A DNA stretch of 64,000 nt from an uncultured Azospirillum sp. (GTDB lineage Bacteria > Pseudomonadota > Alphaproteobacteria > RF32 > CAG-239): positions 5,070 through 69,069 of the forward strand of contig UQMA01000002.1 in assembly GCA_900542055.1 (NCBI GenBank), given 5' to 3'. Positions within the stretch are counted from its first letter, which is position 1. Every line of letters begins with the position of its first letter. Made by a program: the position numbers and the translations under genes. The notes beneath the pieces were generated by a model. The model was not told the DNA's origin, searched no databases, and saw only the letters and a program-made list of their open reading frames with translations. This document shows, one piece after another, positions 48,533-56,812 of the stretch.

Positions 48533-48778
48533 TTACAGCCTTGAAGAGGGCAAACGGCTGATATTTTCATTTTTTAGTTTTTCAATATATTCCTGCAATT
48601 TTGCCGGAGAATCATCACTCCACCCCATTATATAATTTTTGCCGACAAACAGCAAAGGCAATCCGAGTTCTCCGCGCAAATTATGTTCCTGAGCATATTT
48701 CCGCAGCAAATTGTAATTTTTTTGTTGACAACTAAAAAAGCTTAATATATAAGTTCGTTTCAGAGAGATTGCCGACAT
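48533..48778 (-). CDS. Possible thioredoxin/glutaredoxin-fold fragment
   Basis: The C-terminal part (GLPLLFVGKNYIMGWSD) looks Grx-like, but there is no CxxC motif. The annotated start overlaps tRNA-Thr by 8 nt. Confidence 0.3.
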   Translation of the reverse strand: MSAISLKRTYILSFFSCQQKNYNLLRKYAQEHNLRGELGLPLLFVGKNYIMGWSDDSPAKLQEYIEKLKNENISRLPSSRL

Positions 48779-48846
48779 AGCTCAGTTGGTAGAGCTACTG
48801 ATTTGTAATCAGTGGGTCCGCGGTTCGAGTCCGTGTGTCGGCACCA
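48771..48846 (+). tRNA. tRNA-Thr (TGT)
   Basis: GCCGACATAGCTCAGTTGGTAGAGCTACTGATTTGTAATCAGTGGGTCCGCGGTTCGAGTCCGTGTGTCGGCACCA folds as a cloverleaf with a TTTGTAA anticodon loop. Confidence 0.93.
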
Positions 48847-48855
48847 TTAAAGATT

Positions 48856-48893
48856 AAAGGGGCATGAGTTTTCATTGCCCTTTTTATTTTTTT
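48856..48893 (+). terminator. Terminator after tRNA-Thr
   Basis: AAAGGGGCA pairs with TGCCCTTT, followed by a T-rich run. Confidence 0.75.
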
Positions 48894-48987
48894 AAATACT
48901 ACAAAAAAATCCATACTAGCCAATCTTAGATTGGTTGATATTGAAAAATTTATTACAGCACTATTTGCAGCGAAAAACGTAAAACAT

Positions 48988-49224
48988 CTAATGATTTGCC
49001 ATATAATTTTGAATCAGAAGCAGAGAGGTGTTTTCAGGAGATATTTTAATGCAGTGGCAGAGCTCCTTTATCCTCCGTATTTTCTGATTTTTATTGACTC
49101 CTATTTCCTTTGTTAATATTCTGCTTTCAGATATATAAAACAAACGCTCATTTATGGAGAGTGATATTTGTTTTCTATGGGGATGGGGATTTAAATTTAA
49201 ACTATTTTTTACAGCCTGAATCAT
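48988..49224 (-). CDS. Hypothetical 78-aa ORF coupled to the csoR stop
   Basis: Its ATG overlaps the csoR TGA (ATGA). No motif is recognisable and the coding status is uncertain. Confidence 0.25.
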   Translation of the reverse strand: MIQAVKNSLNLNPHPHRKQISLSINERLFYISESRILTKEIGVNKNQKIRRIKELCHCIKISPENTSLLLIQNYMANH

Positions 49225-49520
49225 TCTTCAAAGCGGTCAAACAGTTTTTTAAGTTCAGCAATTTTCTCTTCACGCTCATCATCTGAAAATGAACTTGCGA
49301 CACAATGCTGCAAATGCTTGGTCAAAATATTGCTTTCCACAGCACGGATTGCAGAACGAATAGCTTTTAGTTGAATTAAGATGTCAGGACAATAGCGCCC
49401 CTCTTCCACCATTTTTTTCACACCTTCTATTTGTCCGGAAATACGGTTTAGACGAGGCATATTTTCAATATGGCTCGGATATGCATTCTGTTTGCAGCAA
49501 TTGTGATTATTATTTTCCAT
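49221..49520 (-). CDS. csoR: CsoR-family metal-sensing transcriptional repressor (Cu(I)-type C-H-C ligand pattern)
   Basis: RISGQIEGVKKMVEEGRYCPDILIQLKAIRSAIRAVESNILTKHLQHCV is the CsoR/RcnR/FrmR fold, with Cys...His-x3-Cys at the positions of the CsoR Cu(I) ligands. Confidence 0.85.
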   Translation of the reverse strand: MENNNHNCCKQNAYPSHIENMPRLNRISGQIEGVKKMVEEGRYCPDILIQLKAIRSAIRAVESNILTKHLQHCVASSFSDDEREEKIAELKKLFDRFEE

Positions 49521-49528
49521 ATTTTTTC

Positions 49529-49843
49529 CTAGTGCATTGCATGTTCCATCGGCATTGCGGGCTGTTCAATATGAAAATATACAGCCACTCCATAAAGCAC
49601 CAACGAAACAAATAAAGTTATTTTCATAAAAGATATATGTTTTTCTTCAGCACAGCAACATTTTTTTGAAAAAACAAAATAAAAAGACAAAAGCAATAAT
49701 GCTCCTGAAAAATAGAGCATATATCCCATTTGGTGATGGCTCAACAATGTTTGTTTAGGCATAGCGGTCATCATACCGGCATTTAACAAAGCCGACAGAG
49801 CCGGAACACCGCAGCAAACAAAATGAAACAAAGCCAAAAACAA
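49529..49843 (-). CDS. Small membrane protein with CC, CCC and Met/His-rich motifs
   Basis: Three hydrophobic segments. FHFVCCGVPAL lies in TM1, KKCCCAEEKH in a loop, and the C-terminal tail is EQPAMPMEHAMH. TTG start; no upstream ATG in frame. Confidence 0.6.
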   Translation of the reverse strand: MFLALFHFVCCGVPALSALLNAGMMTAMPKQTLLSHHQMGYMLYFSGALLLLSFYFVFSKKCCCAEEKHISFMKITLFVSLVLYGVAVYFHIEQPAMPMEHAMH

Positions 49844-49901
49844 GCTGCTGCCTACAAATGCTTTTTTTTACGTTTTCTATCATTCAAAACTTTTTTTATG
49901 A

Positions 49902-49922
49902 GGGCGGAGAAAATCTCCGCCC
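49902..49922 (-). other. GC-rich hairpin between the metallothionein-like gene and the membrane-protein gene
   Basis: GGGCGGAGA pairs with TCTCCGCCC (9 bp). The minus strand has no U-run after it, so this may be an attenuating or stabilising hairpin rather than a full terminator. Confidence 0.4.
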
Positions 49923-49932
49923 ATGTACGCAA

Positions 49933-50106
49933 TTATTTACAGCCGCAGCTTTTATCTTTTTCACAAGAACAATGTTCGCCGCAGTGACAATTTTCTTCTT
50001 TTTTGCTGCATTCATCACAGCAGCATTTTCCATCTTTTCCACATTGGCAGTTGTCGCCGCATTGGCAATTTTCACATTTGCAATTCGGGTTTGTACAATT
50101 TCTCAT
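49933..50106 (-). CDS. Unlisted 57-aa metallothionein-like Cys-rich protein
   Basis: Encodes MRNCTNPNCKCENCQCGDNCQCGKDGKCCCDECSKKEENCHCGEHCSCEKDKSCGCK, with 17 Cys, 2 His and no aromatic or aliphatic residues after Met1. A perfect AAGGAGA SD lies 7 nt upstream of the ATG. The promoter carries CsoR-type operators. Confidence 0.7.
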   Translation of the reverse strand: MRNCTNPNCKCENCQCGDNCQCGKDGKCCCDECSKKEENCHCGEHCSCEKDKSCGCK

Positions 50107-50126
50107 ATTATATCTCCTTAAATTAA

Positions 50127-50181
50127 GTATAATACCCTTTACGGGTATTATACATATACCCCTATTAGGTATATGTCAAGT
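50127..50181 (-). promoter_or_regulatory. Promoter with two CsoR-type inverted repeats
   Basis: IR1 is GTATAATACCC-TTTAC-GGGTATTATAC (50127-50153, 11-bp arms). IR2 is CATATACC-CCTATTA-GGTATATG (50153-50175). On the minus strand, TTGACA (50176-50181) and TATAAT lie within or next to the repeats. Confidence 0.65.
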
Positions 50182-50236
50182 TTAAAAATATTGCCATAGT
50201 GCATTTTTTATATATTATCATTTCAGGAGATATAAA

Positions 50237-51238
50237 ATGGTTTTGACACGAGAAGAAATTATCCGCCTTTTACAAGACGAAACCAACCAAAAAAATCTAT
50301 TTAAAAAAGCCGATGACATACGTCGTCAATATGTCGGAGATGAAGTGCATTTGCGCGGCTTAATAGAATTTTCGAATATTTGCCGCAACAATTGCATGTA
50401 TTGCGGTATCCGCAAAGGCAATATTTCGGCCAAACGTTATCATATGGAGCCTGAAGAATTAATTGAAACCGCCAGAAAAGCTGCCGATATAGGTTTCAAG
50501 ACCATTGTTATGCAATCGGGCGAAGATATGTATTATACACAAAAGCGCATGTGCGAAATTATTGAAGCCATTAAAAAATTTGATGTAGCCGTTACTTTGA
50601 GTATCGGCGAGAGAACATATGAAGACTATAAAGCTTTTCGCGAAGCCGGCGCCGATCGTTATTTGATGCGCATAGAAACCACCGATAAAGATTTGTATCA
50701 TAAGCTTGATCCGCAAATGAGCTGGCAGCATCGCTATGACTGTCTGATGATGATCAGAGATTTGGGATATGAACTGGGCTCGGGAATTATGGTGGGTTTG
50801 CCTGAACAATCCATTGAATCTATTGCCGATGACCTTTTATTCTTGCGCGAAATAAAAGTAGATATGTCTGGTATCGGTCCTTTTATTCCGCACCCTCAAA
50901 CACCTTTGGCAAACTGCACCGGCGGAACATTGAATTTGGCTTTGCGAACAATGGCAGTTATGCGCTTGCTGATGCCCGATATTAATATTCCTGCCACCAC
51001 CGCTATGGAAAGCCTGCACCCAAAAGGCAGATTGATGGCTTTACAAGCGGGAGCAAATGTGGTAATGCCAAATGTAACGGAAGGCGAATATCGGCGTTTG
51101 TATGAGCTTTACCCTGGGAAAATTTGCGTAGATGACACGCCTGTTCATTGCCGCAGTTGTATCGGTATGAAAATTATGTCAATCGGACGCACTATCGGCA
51201 AAGGATATGGAAGTCATAAGAAAAACAATATTGATTAA
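50237..51238 (+). CDS. hydE: [FeFe]-hydrogenase maturase HydE (radical SAM)
   Basis: ADDIRRQYVGDEVHLRGLIEFSNICRNNCMYCGIRKGN, GADRYLMRIETT and NIPATTAM closely follow the Thermotoga HydE sequence. Confidence 0.9.
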   Translation: MVLTREEIIRLLQDETNQKNLFKKADDIRRQYVGDEVHLRGLIEFSNICRNNCMYCGIRKGNISAKRYHMEPEELIETARKAADIGFKTIVMQSGEDMYYTQKRMCEIIEAIKKFDVAVTLSIGERTYEDYKAFREAGADRYLMRIETTDKDLYHKLDPQMSWQHRYDCLMMIRDLGYELGSGIMVGLPEQSIESIADDLLFLREIKVDMSGIGPFIPHPQTPLANCTGGTLNLALRTMAVMRLLMPDINIPATTAMESLHPKGRLMALQAGANVVMPNVTEGEYRRLYELYPGKICVDDTPVHCRSCIGMKIMSIGRTIGKGYGSHKKNNID

Positions 51239-51333
51239 CTTTTTTTGCATAAACAAAAGTATTTTTCAGATTATTTTCAGACTAAAAGCCTATTTTAAAA
51301 TAGTATTTTATTAATCAGCGTAAGGATTTTTCT

Positions 51334-51957
51334 ATGCTTTCATACGTCATAAACAATTCAGATAAAAGCTTTAGACACGAATTATACCGTAAAGCTATCC
51401 ATTTGAGTTCATTGTGGATGCTTTTGTGCATCTACCTGTTTCCAAAAACTTTTGCCGTAATTTTGTTTGGTTGTATGTTAGCATTTGATTTTACAATAGA
51501 ATATGCTTGCTACAAAAAAATTGCATGGGCAAGAAAACTTTTTGAAAGAATGCTTATTAAAACTTTGCGCAGCAAAGAAACTAAAAAGAAAAAATTTGTT
51601 CCCAGCGGTTCTGTGTATGTATTGTTTTCCGCTCTGCTCTCTACTTTGTTTTTTTCTAAAGAAATTGCAATTATCAGTTTGACTGTCATGTTGGTTTCGG
51701 ATACTTGCGCCGCCATTTTCGGAAGACTGTTCGGAAGCCGCAAATTATATGGACAAAAATCGCTGGAAGGAACCATGGTGTTTTTTATCAGCGCTTTATA
51801 TATTATGATAGCCTACAACCATTTATTTCCGACAAGCTATGCGGGAATTATAGCCTGCACTCTGGCAACGTTATGCGAATTATTTGAGAGCAAACTCAAA
51901 ATTGACGACAACTTGTCCATACCTTTGGTTATCGGCTTTGTACTGACTTATTTATAA
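51334..51957 (+). CDS. CTP-dependent polyprenol/diacylglycerol kinase-like membrane protein (SEC59/DGK1/VTE5 family)
   Basis: Polytopic, with RKAIHLSS near the N-terminus and SDTCAAIFGRLFG..K...KSLEGT, the family signature. Confidence 0.65.
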   Translation: MLSYVINNSDKSFRHELYRKAIHLSSLWMLLCIYLFPKTFAVILFGCMLAFDFTIEYACYKKIAWARKLFERMLIKTLRSKETKKKKFVPSGSVYVLFSALLSTLFFSKEIAIISLTVMLVSDTCAAIFGRLFGSRKLYGQKSLEGTMVFFISALYIMIAYNHLFPTSYAGIIACTLATLCELFESKLKIDDNLSIPLVIGFVLTYL

Positions 51958-51970
51958 ACGAGAATCCGCT

Positions 51971-53617
51971 ATGAAAAAATTAAAACTTTCGCTTTCATCT
52001 CAATCGCTGATTTGGGTATTGTCCCTCTATTTCGGAACAATTCTTAATTTGACATTTTATCATTTTATTGCTCAAAGACTGGAAATTTCAAATTTTTCGA
52101 CTGTTTTGTTCGTTTTTTCATTACCTGTTTTCGTTATTGTGCCGCTCTTAATTTTGTTTAGTCTTATAACAATTCCTTATTTTGGTAAAACACTTACCGT
52201 AATTTTGCTGTGCTTATCATCTATTGCGAATTATGCAATGTTCAAACTTGGAATTTTTATCGATTCAGATATGTACCGCAATATTGTTGAAACGACCGTC
52301 CGCGAAGCAACTGATTTAATTACGCCGACCGCAGTGATATGGTTTGCAATTACCGGAGTACTGCCGGCTGTTTTGCTATTTTGCTGCCATATCAAATATC
52401 TTTCGGCCGGAAAAGAGATTATCCGCAGATTAAAGCATATTTTATGCTCACTGCTTCTGCTTTTATGTTTAATGCCTTTTACATATAAAGATTATGTGTC
52501 TTTTGGAAGAAACAACAAGCAAATCAAAAAACTTATGAATACATTTAATTATATATATTCTGTCGGACGTTATTATCAAAGGCAGGCTATCGCCAATCGA
52601 CAATTTGTGATTTTGGATGAAAATCCAATCCGCGAAGACATTAAAGAAAATCAGCCGCGCGTACTTATACTGATTGTTGGAGAAACCGCCAGAGCCGCTA
52701 ATTTTTCAATTTATGGATACGAGCGCCAAACAACACCTCTTTTGCAAGAACAAAATGTAATCGCTTTTAAGGATACTCTTTCCTGCGGAACTTCAACCGC
52801 TGTTTCTTTGCCCTGTATGTTTTCACACATGACAAGAAAAAAATTTGATGTTGTCGATGCAAAATACACACAAAATTTAATCGATTTACTGGCAAAGTCC
52901 GGTTATGATATTTTGTGGCGCGAAAACGATGATGGCTGCAAAGAGGTTTGCAATCGTGTTGCTACTGAAGATATGCTTAGAATACATAATAAAAAATTCT
53001 GTCATAAAAAATATTGTCAAGATGAGGCTCTGCTAGACGGATTAGAACAAAAAATAGCCGCTGTTACAAAAGATACCGTTATCGTTCTGCACATGATGGG
53101 AAGCCATGGACCAACATATTACAAACGTTATCCTGATGAATTCCGTAAATTTTTACCGACCTGCGATACCGCCGATTTGCAAAATTGCACCCGTGAAGAG
53201 ATTGTCAATACTTACGACAACACAATTTTGTACACAGATTTCATCATTGATTCGGCTATTGATGTCTTAAAGAAATTTCCTCAATATGCTTCAGGTTTGA
53301 TTTATATCTCCGATCACGGAGAATCGCTGGGCGAAAACAGTTTATATCTGCATGGAATTCCTTATTCCGTTGCTCCCGATGTGCAAAAGGAAATTCCGTT
53401 TATTTTTTGGATGTCGGACAATTTGAGTCAACGCTCGACAATGGATAAATTTTGTTTGTATCAGGAAGCTGAAAAAGGAAACTTTTCACACGACAATCTA
53501 TTCCACTCTGTGTTAGGGCTGTTAAACATAAAAACAACCACTTATGAAAAGGATTTAGATATATTCGAACGCTGTCGTTTTACCGTTCAACCTGCTCTTG
53601 GGGCAAACGAACAGTAA
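51971..53617 (+). CDS. eptA: Phosphoethanolamine transferase (EptA/MCR family)
   Basis: Five N-terminal TM segments plus a sulfatase-fold domain with VGETARAANFSIYGYERQTTP and the SCGTSTAVSLPCMFS nucleophile-Thr block. Confidence 0.88.
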   Translation: MKKLKLSLSSQSLIWVLSLYFGTILNLTFYHFIAQRLEISNFSTVLFVFSLPVFVIVPLLILFSLITIPYFGKTLTVILLCLSSIANYAMFKLGIFIDSDMYRNIVETTVREATDLITPTAVIWFAITGVLPAVLLFCCHIKYLSAGKEIIRRLKHILCSLLLLLCLMPFTYKDYVSFGRNNKQIKKLMNTFNYIYSVGRYYQRQAIANRQFVILDENPIREDIKENQPRVLILIVGETARAANFSIYGYERQTTPLLQEQNVIAFKDTLSCGTSTAVSLPCMFSHMTRKKFDVVDAKYTQNLIDLLAKSGYDILWRENDDGCKEVCNRVATEDMLRIHNKKFCHKKYCQDEALLDGLEQKIAAVTKDTVIVLHMMGSHGPTYYKRYPDEFRKFLPTCDTADLQNCTREEIVNTYDNTILYTDFIIDSAIDVLKKFPQYASGLIYISDHGESLGENSLYLHGIPYSVAPDVQKEIPFIFWMSDNLSQRSTMDKFCLYQEAEKGNFSHDNLFHSVLGLLNIKTTTYEKDLDIFERCRFTVQPALGANEQ

Positions 53618-54875
53618 AACGGCTGCCTTTGCCGATTTCAGAACTAACCGATATTTTTCCGTGATGACGGCGAACGATTATATCCGCCAACGATAATCCC
53701 AACCCTAAACCGTTTGAATTTCGATTTCGTGATTTATTAACCTGATAAAAGCGTTCAAAAATATGCGGCTGTTCTTCCTTAGTTATACCAATGCCGGTAT
53801 CCTCGACGCAAAATTCAACCTCATCACCTGTTTTATAAGCTTTAACTGTTACTTTTCCGCCGGTTTGAGTATATTTTAAAGCATTATCCAACAAAATATA
53901 TAACAATTGCCGCAACATATCTTTATCGGCTTTCACTTGCAATTGATGCTCAATATCCGTCTGCAAAGCAATATTTTTGGCTTTTGCCGTATCTTGCATA
54001 TTGTGAACAACATTTTTGATTAAAGCCAAAAAATCAAAATGTTCCCAAACCGCATTTAAGTTATCATTGTCGGAACGTGCTAATTGCAAAAGTTTTGAAT
54101 TGAGCTGCCCCATACTTATAATTTCCTCTTTAAGGCTTTTTATTATCTCATCTTTCGGATTTTTAAGTTCAAGCAGTTCAGTATATGACAATATAACGCT
54201 CAGCGGAGTGCGTAATTCATGCGAAGCGTCTGCAACAAAACGCTTATGTCTTTCATAAAAAGCATTTATCTGCTTTATGGCTTTTCCAGACAAATACAAA
54301 CTGCAAAAATAAGCAAATCCAGAAAGAATAACAATAGACCACAAAGCTAAAGCCAAATAAAGTTTGTTGCTGTGAATAAGCGGAGTGATATTGCTTAAAA
54401 CAATAATTGTATTTTGAGTTCCGTCGGCAGAAACCAAATTTTGTTTTGCCAGTAAAAAGTACCATTTAACTTTTTTATATTTAACATTTTCATGATAAAT
54501 ATGTCCGTCTTTGTATTTTTTTCTCTGAAAACGCATTTGCAGCAATTCAGAAACTTCTGTAGGCAAAGCCTCTTCCGCATACACAAGTTTGCCATCAGCA
54601 TACAAATATGTAAAATTATGTATAGAATCAACATCTGCATTAATCTGATGTATTTGCGGTAATTTTATATATCCGCTGGAATTTGCTCCCGCCTCCAGAA
54701 CTTCTTCATCCAAATAATCCGTCAAAGCTTCTTTAACCAACTTAACGGTTGTACGGTGATACATAAAAGTACCGCTGAAAAAAATGGTCACCAACATTAA
54801 AGTGATAACAAATGTATATTTTAACGTCAGTTGTTTTTTTATTTTTTCAATCATTTTCAGCAATTTCCATAACAT
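53580..54875 (-). CDS. Sensor histidine kinase
   Basis: Two TM segments, H-box ADASHELRTPLS, N box and G boxes (GIGI, GLGLSLA). ATG 54854 is an alternative start. The 3' end overlaps eptA convergently by 38 nt. Confidence 0.88.
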   Translation of the reverse strand: MLWKLLKMIEKIKKQLTLKYTFVITLMLVTIFFSGTFMYHRTTVKLVKEALTDYLDEEVLEAGANSSGYIKLPQIHQINADVDSIHNFTYLYADGKLVYAEEALPTEVSELLQMRFQRKKYKDGHIYHENVKYKKVKWYFLLAKQNLVSADGTQNTIIVLSNITPLIHSNKLYLALALWSIVILSGFAYFCSLYLSGKAIKQINAFYERHKRFVADASHELRTPLSVILSYTELLELKNPKDEIIKSLKEEIISMGQLNSKLLQLARSDNDNLNAVWEHFDFLALIKNVVHNMQDTAKAKNIALQTDIEHQLQVKADKDMLRQLLYILLDNALKYTQTGGKVTVKAYKTGDEVEFCVEDTGIGITKEEQPHIFERFYQVNKSRNRNSNGLGLGLSLADIIVRRHHGKISVSSEIGKGSRFTVRLPQEQVER

Positions 54876-55545
54876 AACCTATATTTTTAACCATTCTGAT
54901 ATTTATTTTGCCGTCAAAAATTTTAAGTTTTTTTCTGAGCATATAAATATGAGAGTCAAGGCTTGCCGGCGCAGTATCTAACTTTTCCCGCCAAATACGT
55001 TCAAATATTGTTGCCCGCGGAATAATATTTTTTTGATTGGCAAAAAGCAAATCGAACAATTCAAACTCTTTTCGGCTAAGGTCTATTTTTTTTCCGTTAA
55101 ATTCTATTTGATGCAGATTTTTATCTACCATAATACTGCGGCGGCTGTATTTGCTATCAATAAAAGGTTTGGACTGGCGGCGGCTGACGGCTTTTATTCG
55201 TGCCTGCAATTCTTTTATTTGAAATGGTTTTACCATATAGTCATCGGCTCCGCTCTCAAGTCCGATAATTTTGTCTTCAATGCTATCGCGGGCACTCAAA
55301 AAAATAATACCGCCTTGATAAGCATATTTATCGCCGCGCAAATGCTTGCACAATTCAATACCGTTCATCTCCGGCAGCATCCAATCCAAAAGCACAACAT
55401 CATAAACATCGGCTTTATTGTCGGCAACATATCGCAAAGCCTCGGCGCCATTATGCGCCCAGTCGGTTTGGTGTCCTTCTAAAATCAGCAATTGCTGCAC
55501 AACCGCCCCTAATTTTAAATCATCTTCCACCAGCAATAATTTCAT
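54847..55545 (-). CDS. OmpR-family response regulator
   Basis: MKLLLVEDD, VVLLDWMLPEMNG and a winged-helix C-terminus. I place the start at ATG 55545, with AAGGAG as SD. Confidence 0.9.
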   Translation of the reverse strand: MKLLLVEDDLKLGAVVQQLLILEGHQTDWAHNGAEALRYVADNKADVYDVVLLDWMLPEMNGIELCKHLRGDKYAYQGGIIFLSARDSIEDKIIGLESGADDYMVKPFQIKELQARIKAVSRRQSKPFIDSKYSRRSIMVDKNLHQIEFNGKKIDLSRKEFELFDLLFANQKNIIPRATIFERIWREKLDTAPASLDSHIYMLRKKLKIFDGKINIRMVKNIGYVMEIAEND

Positions 55546-55600
55546 AAGCTGCTCCTTTGAAAGAATTGTAATTTTACAATCTGAAAACAGTCTTATTTTT

Positions 55601-56812
55601 TCACAATCCCAATGGGGCAACCGTTCTGTCCAACACGCCTTGCGTTTTTGAAATAGCAACCCCGTAATTTGTTATGGGAACACCGCGCCGCACACATTCG
55701 TTCAATCTGCGCATCATTTCAACTCTATTGAGCATGCAGGCTCCGCAATGAATGACCAAAGCGTAATCTTCAAGGTTTTCGGGAAAATCATTTCCCTGAC
55801 AAAACTCAAATTGCAGCTGTTTTCCGGTATATTTGCTTATCCATGCCGGAATTTTAACCTTACCGATGTCATCGGATAAAATATGGTGAGAACATGCCTC
55901 GGCAATCAAAATTTTATCGCCGTCGCGCAATTTATCAATTGTACGAGCCCCTTCCACCATAATAGAAAGATTGCCTTTATTACGCGCAAACAAAATGGAA
56001 AACGTTGTTAATTTTATATTTTCCGGAACGTTTTTCGCAACCTGCTGCACAACTTGAGAATCTGTAATAACAAGCGCCGGTTTGTTTTTTAAATTATCTA
56101 ATGTTTGCCGTAATTGATTTTCTTTTACCGCCACGGCAACTGCATTGCAATCTAATAATTCACGCAAAACCTGAACTTGTGGCAAAATCAAGCGTCCTTT
56201 GGGAGCAGAAAGGTCAATCGGCACAACCATAATCACCGTATCCCCGCTTTCCACCAAATCACCCGCCAATAAAGGATCTTTTTTAAATTCGGCAGGAACA
56301 GCCTCAATTATGGTCTTTTTTAAAATTTCGATATTTTGCCCTTTTGCCGCCGAAACCGCGGTCCAGACAATTTTGTTTTCGGCACAAAAATCAATATCTG
56401 CTTGCAAAGGCTGGCTGACATCGGTTTTATTAAACACCACAACAAAAGGCAGTTTTATTTTTTGCAATTGAGAAATAATATTTTTTTCAGCCGGTTGCAA
56501 TCCGTCTTTGCCGCAGACCACCAAAGCCAAATCAGAACGGCATAAAATCCGATGAGTGGCTTTGATACGCAAAGCCCCAAGTTCGCCTTCATCATCAAGT
56601 CCAGCTGTATCATAAAATGTTACCGGTCCTAACGGAAGCAATTCATACGGCTTTGCTACGGCATCTGTTGTTGTTCCGGCTATATCGGACACAATAGCAA
56701 CTTCCTGTCCGGTAAGAGCGTTTATCAATGAAGATTTTCCCGCATTTCTACGTCCGACAATACTGATAACACAACGCAGGGCGCGCGGGGTTGCCGAAGC
56801 TTTATCCGTCAT
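55601..56812 (-). CDS. hydF: [FeFe]-hydrogenase maturation GTPase HydF
   Basis: G1 motif GRRNAGKSSLINAL, G2 GTTTD, NKTD, and C-terminal cluster ligands EACSHH ... HCGACMLN. Confidence 0.9.
   Translation of the reverse strand: MTDKASATPRALRCVISIVGRRNAGKSSLINALTGQEVAIVSDIAGTTTDAVAKPYELLPLGPVTFYDTAGLDDEGELGALRIKATHRILCRSDLALVVCGKDGLQPAEKNIISQLQKIKLPFVVVFNKTDVSQPLQADIDFCAENKIVWTAVSAAKGQNIEILKKTIIEAVPAEFKKDPLLAGDLVESGDTVIMVVPIDLSAPKGRLILPQVQVLRELLDCNAVAVAVKENQLRQTLDNLKNKPALVITDSQVVQQVAKNVPENIKLTTFSILFARNKGNLSIMVEGARTIDKLRDGDKILIAEACSHHILSDDIGKVKIPAWISKYTGKQLQFEFCQGNDFPENLEDYALVIHCGACMLNRVEMMRRLNECVRRGVPITNYGVAISKTQGVLDRTVAPLGL

Noticed and set aside
47944-48570. A 208-aa minus-strand ORF
   Set aside because: It is antisense to the 160-aa lipoprotein gene, which has a lipobox signal peptide, an SD and a terminator. 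The antisense product is a low-complexity S/F/C/L-rich string.
49858-50185. Three overlapping + strand ORFs (87, 67 and 60 aa) from the ORF track
   Set aside because: They are the antisense frames of the Cys-codon-rich metallothionein-like gene (GCA/ACA repeats read as A/F/I-rich strings). They have no SD, whereas the minus-strand ORF has a perfect SD, a promoter and an operon context.
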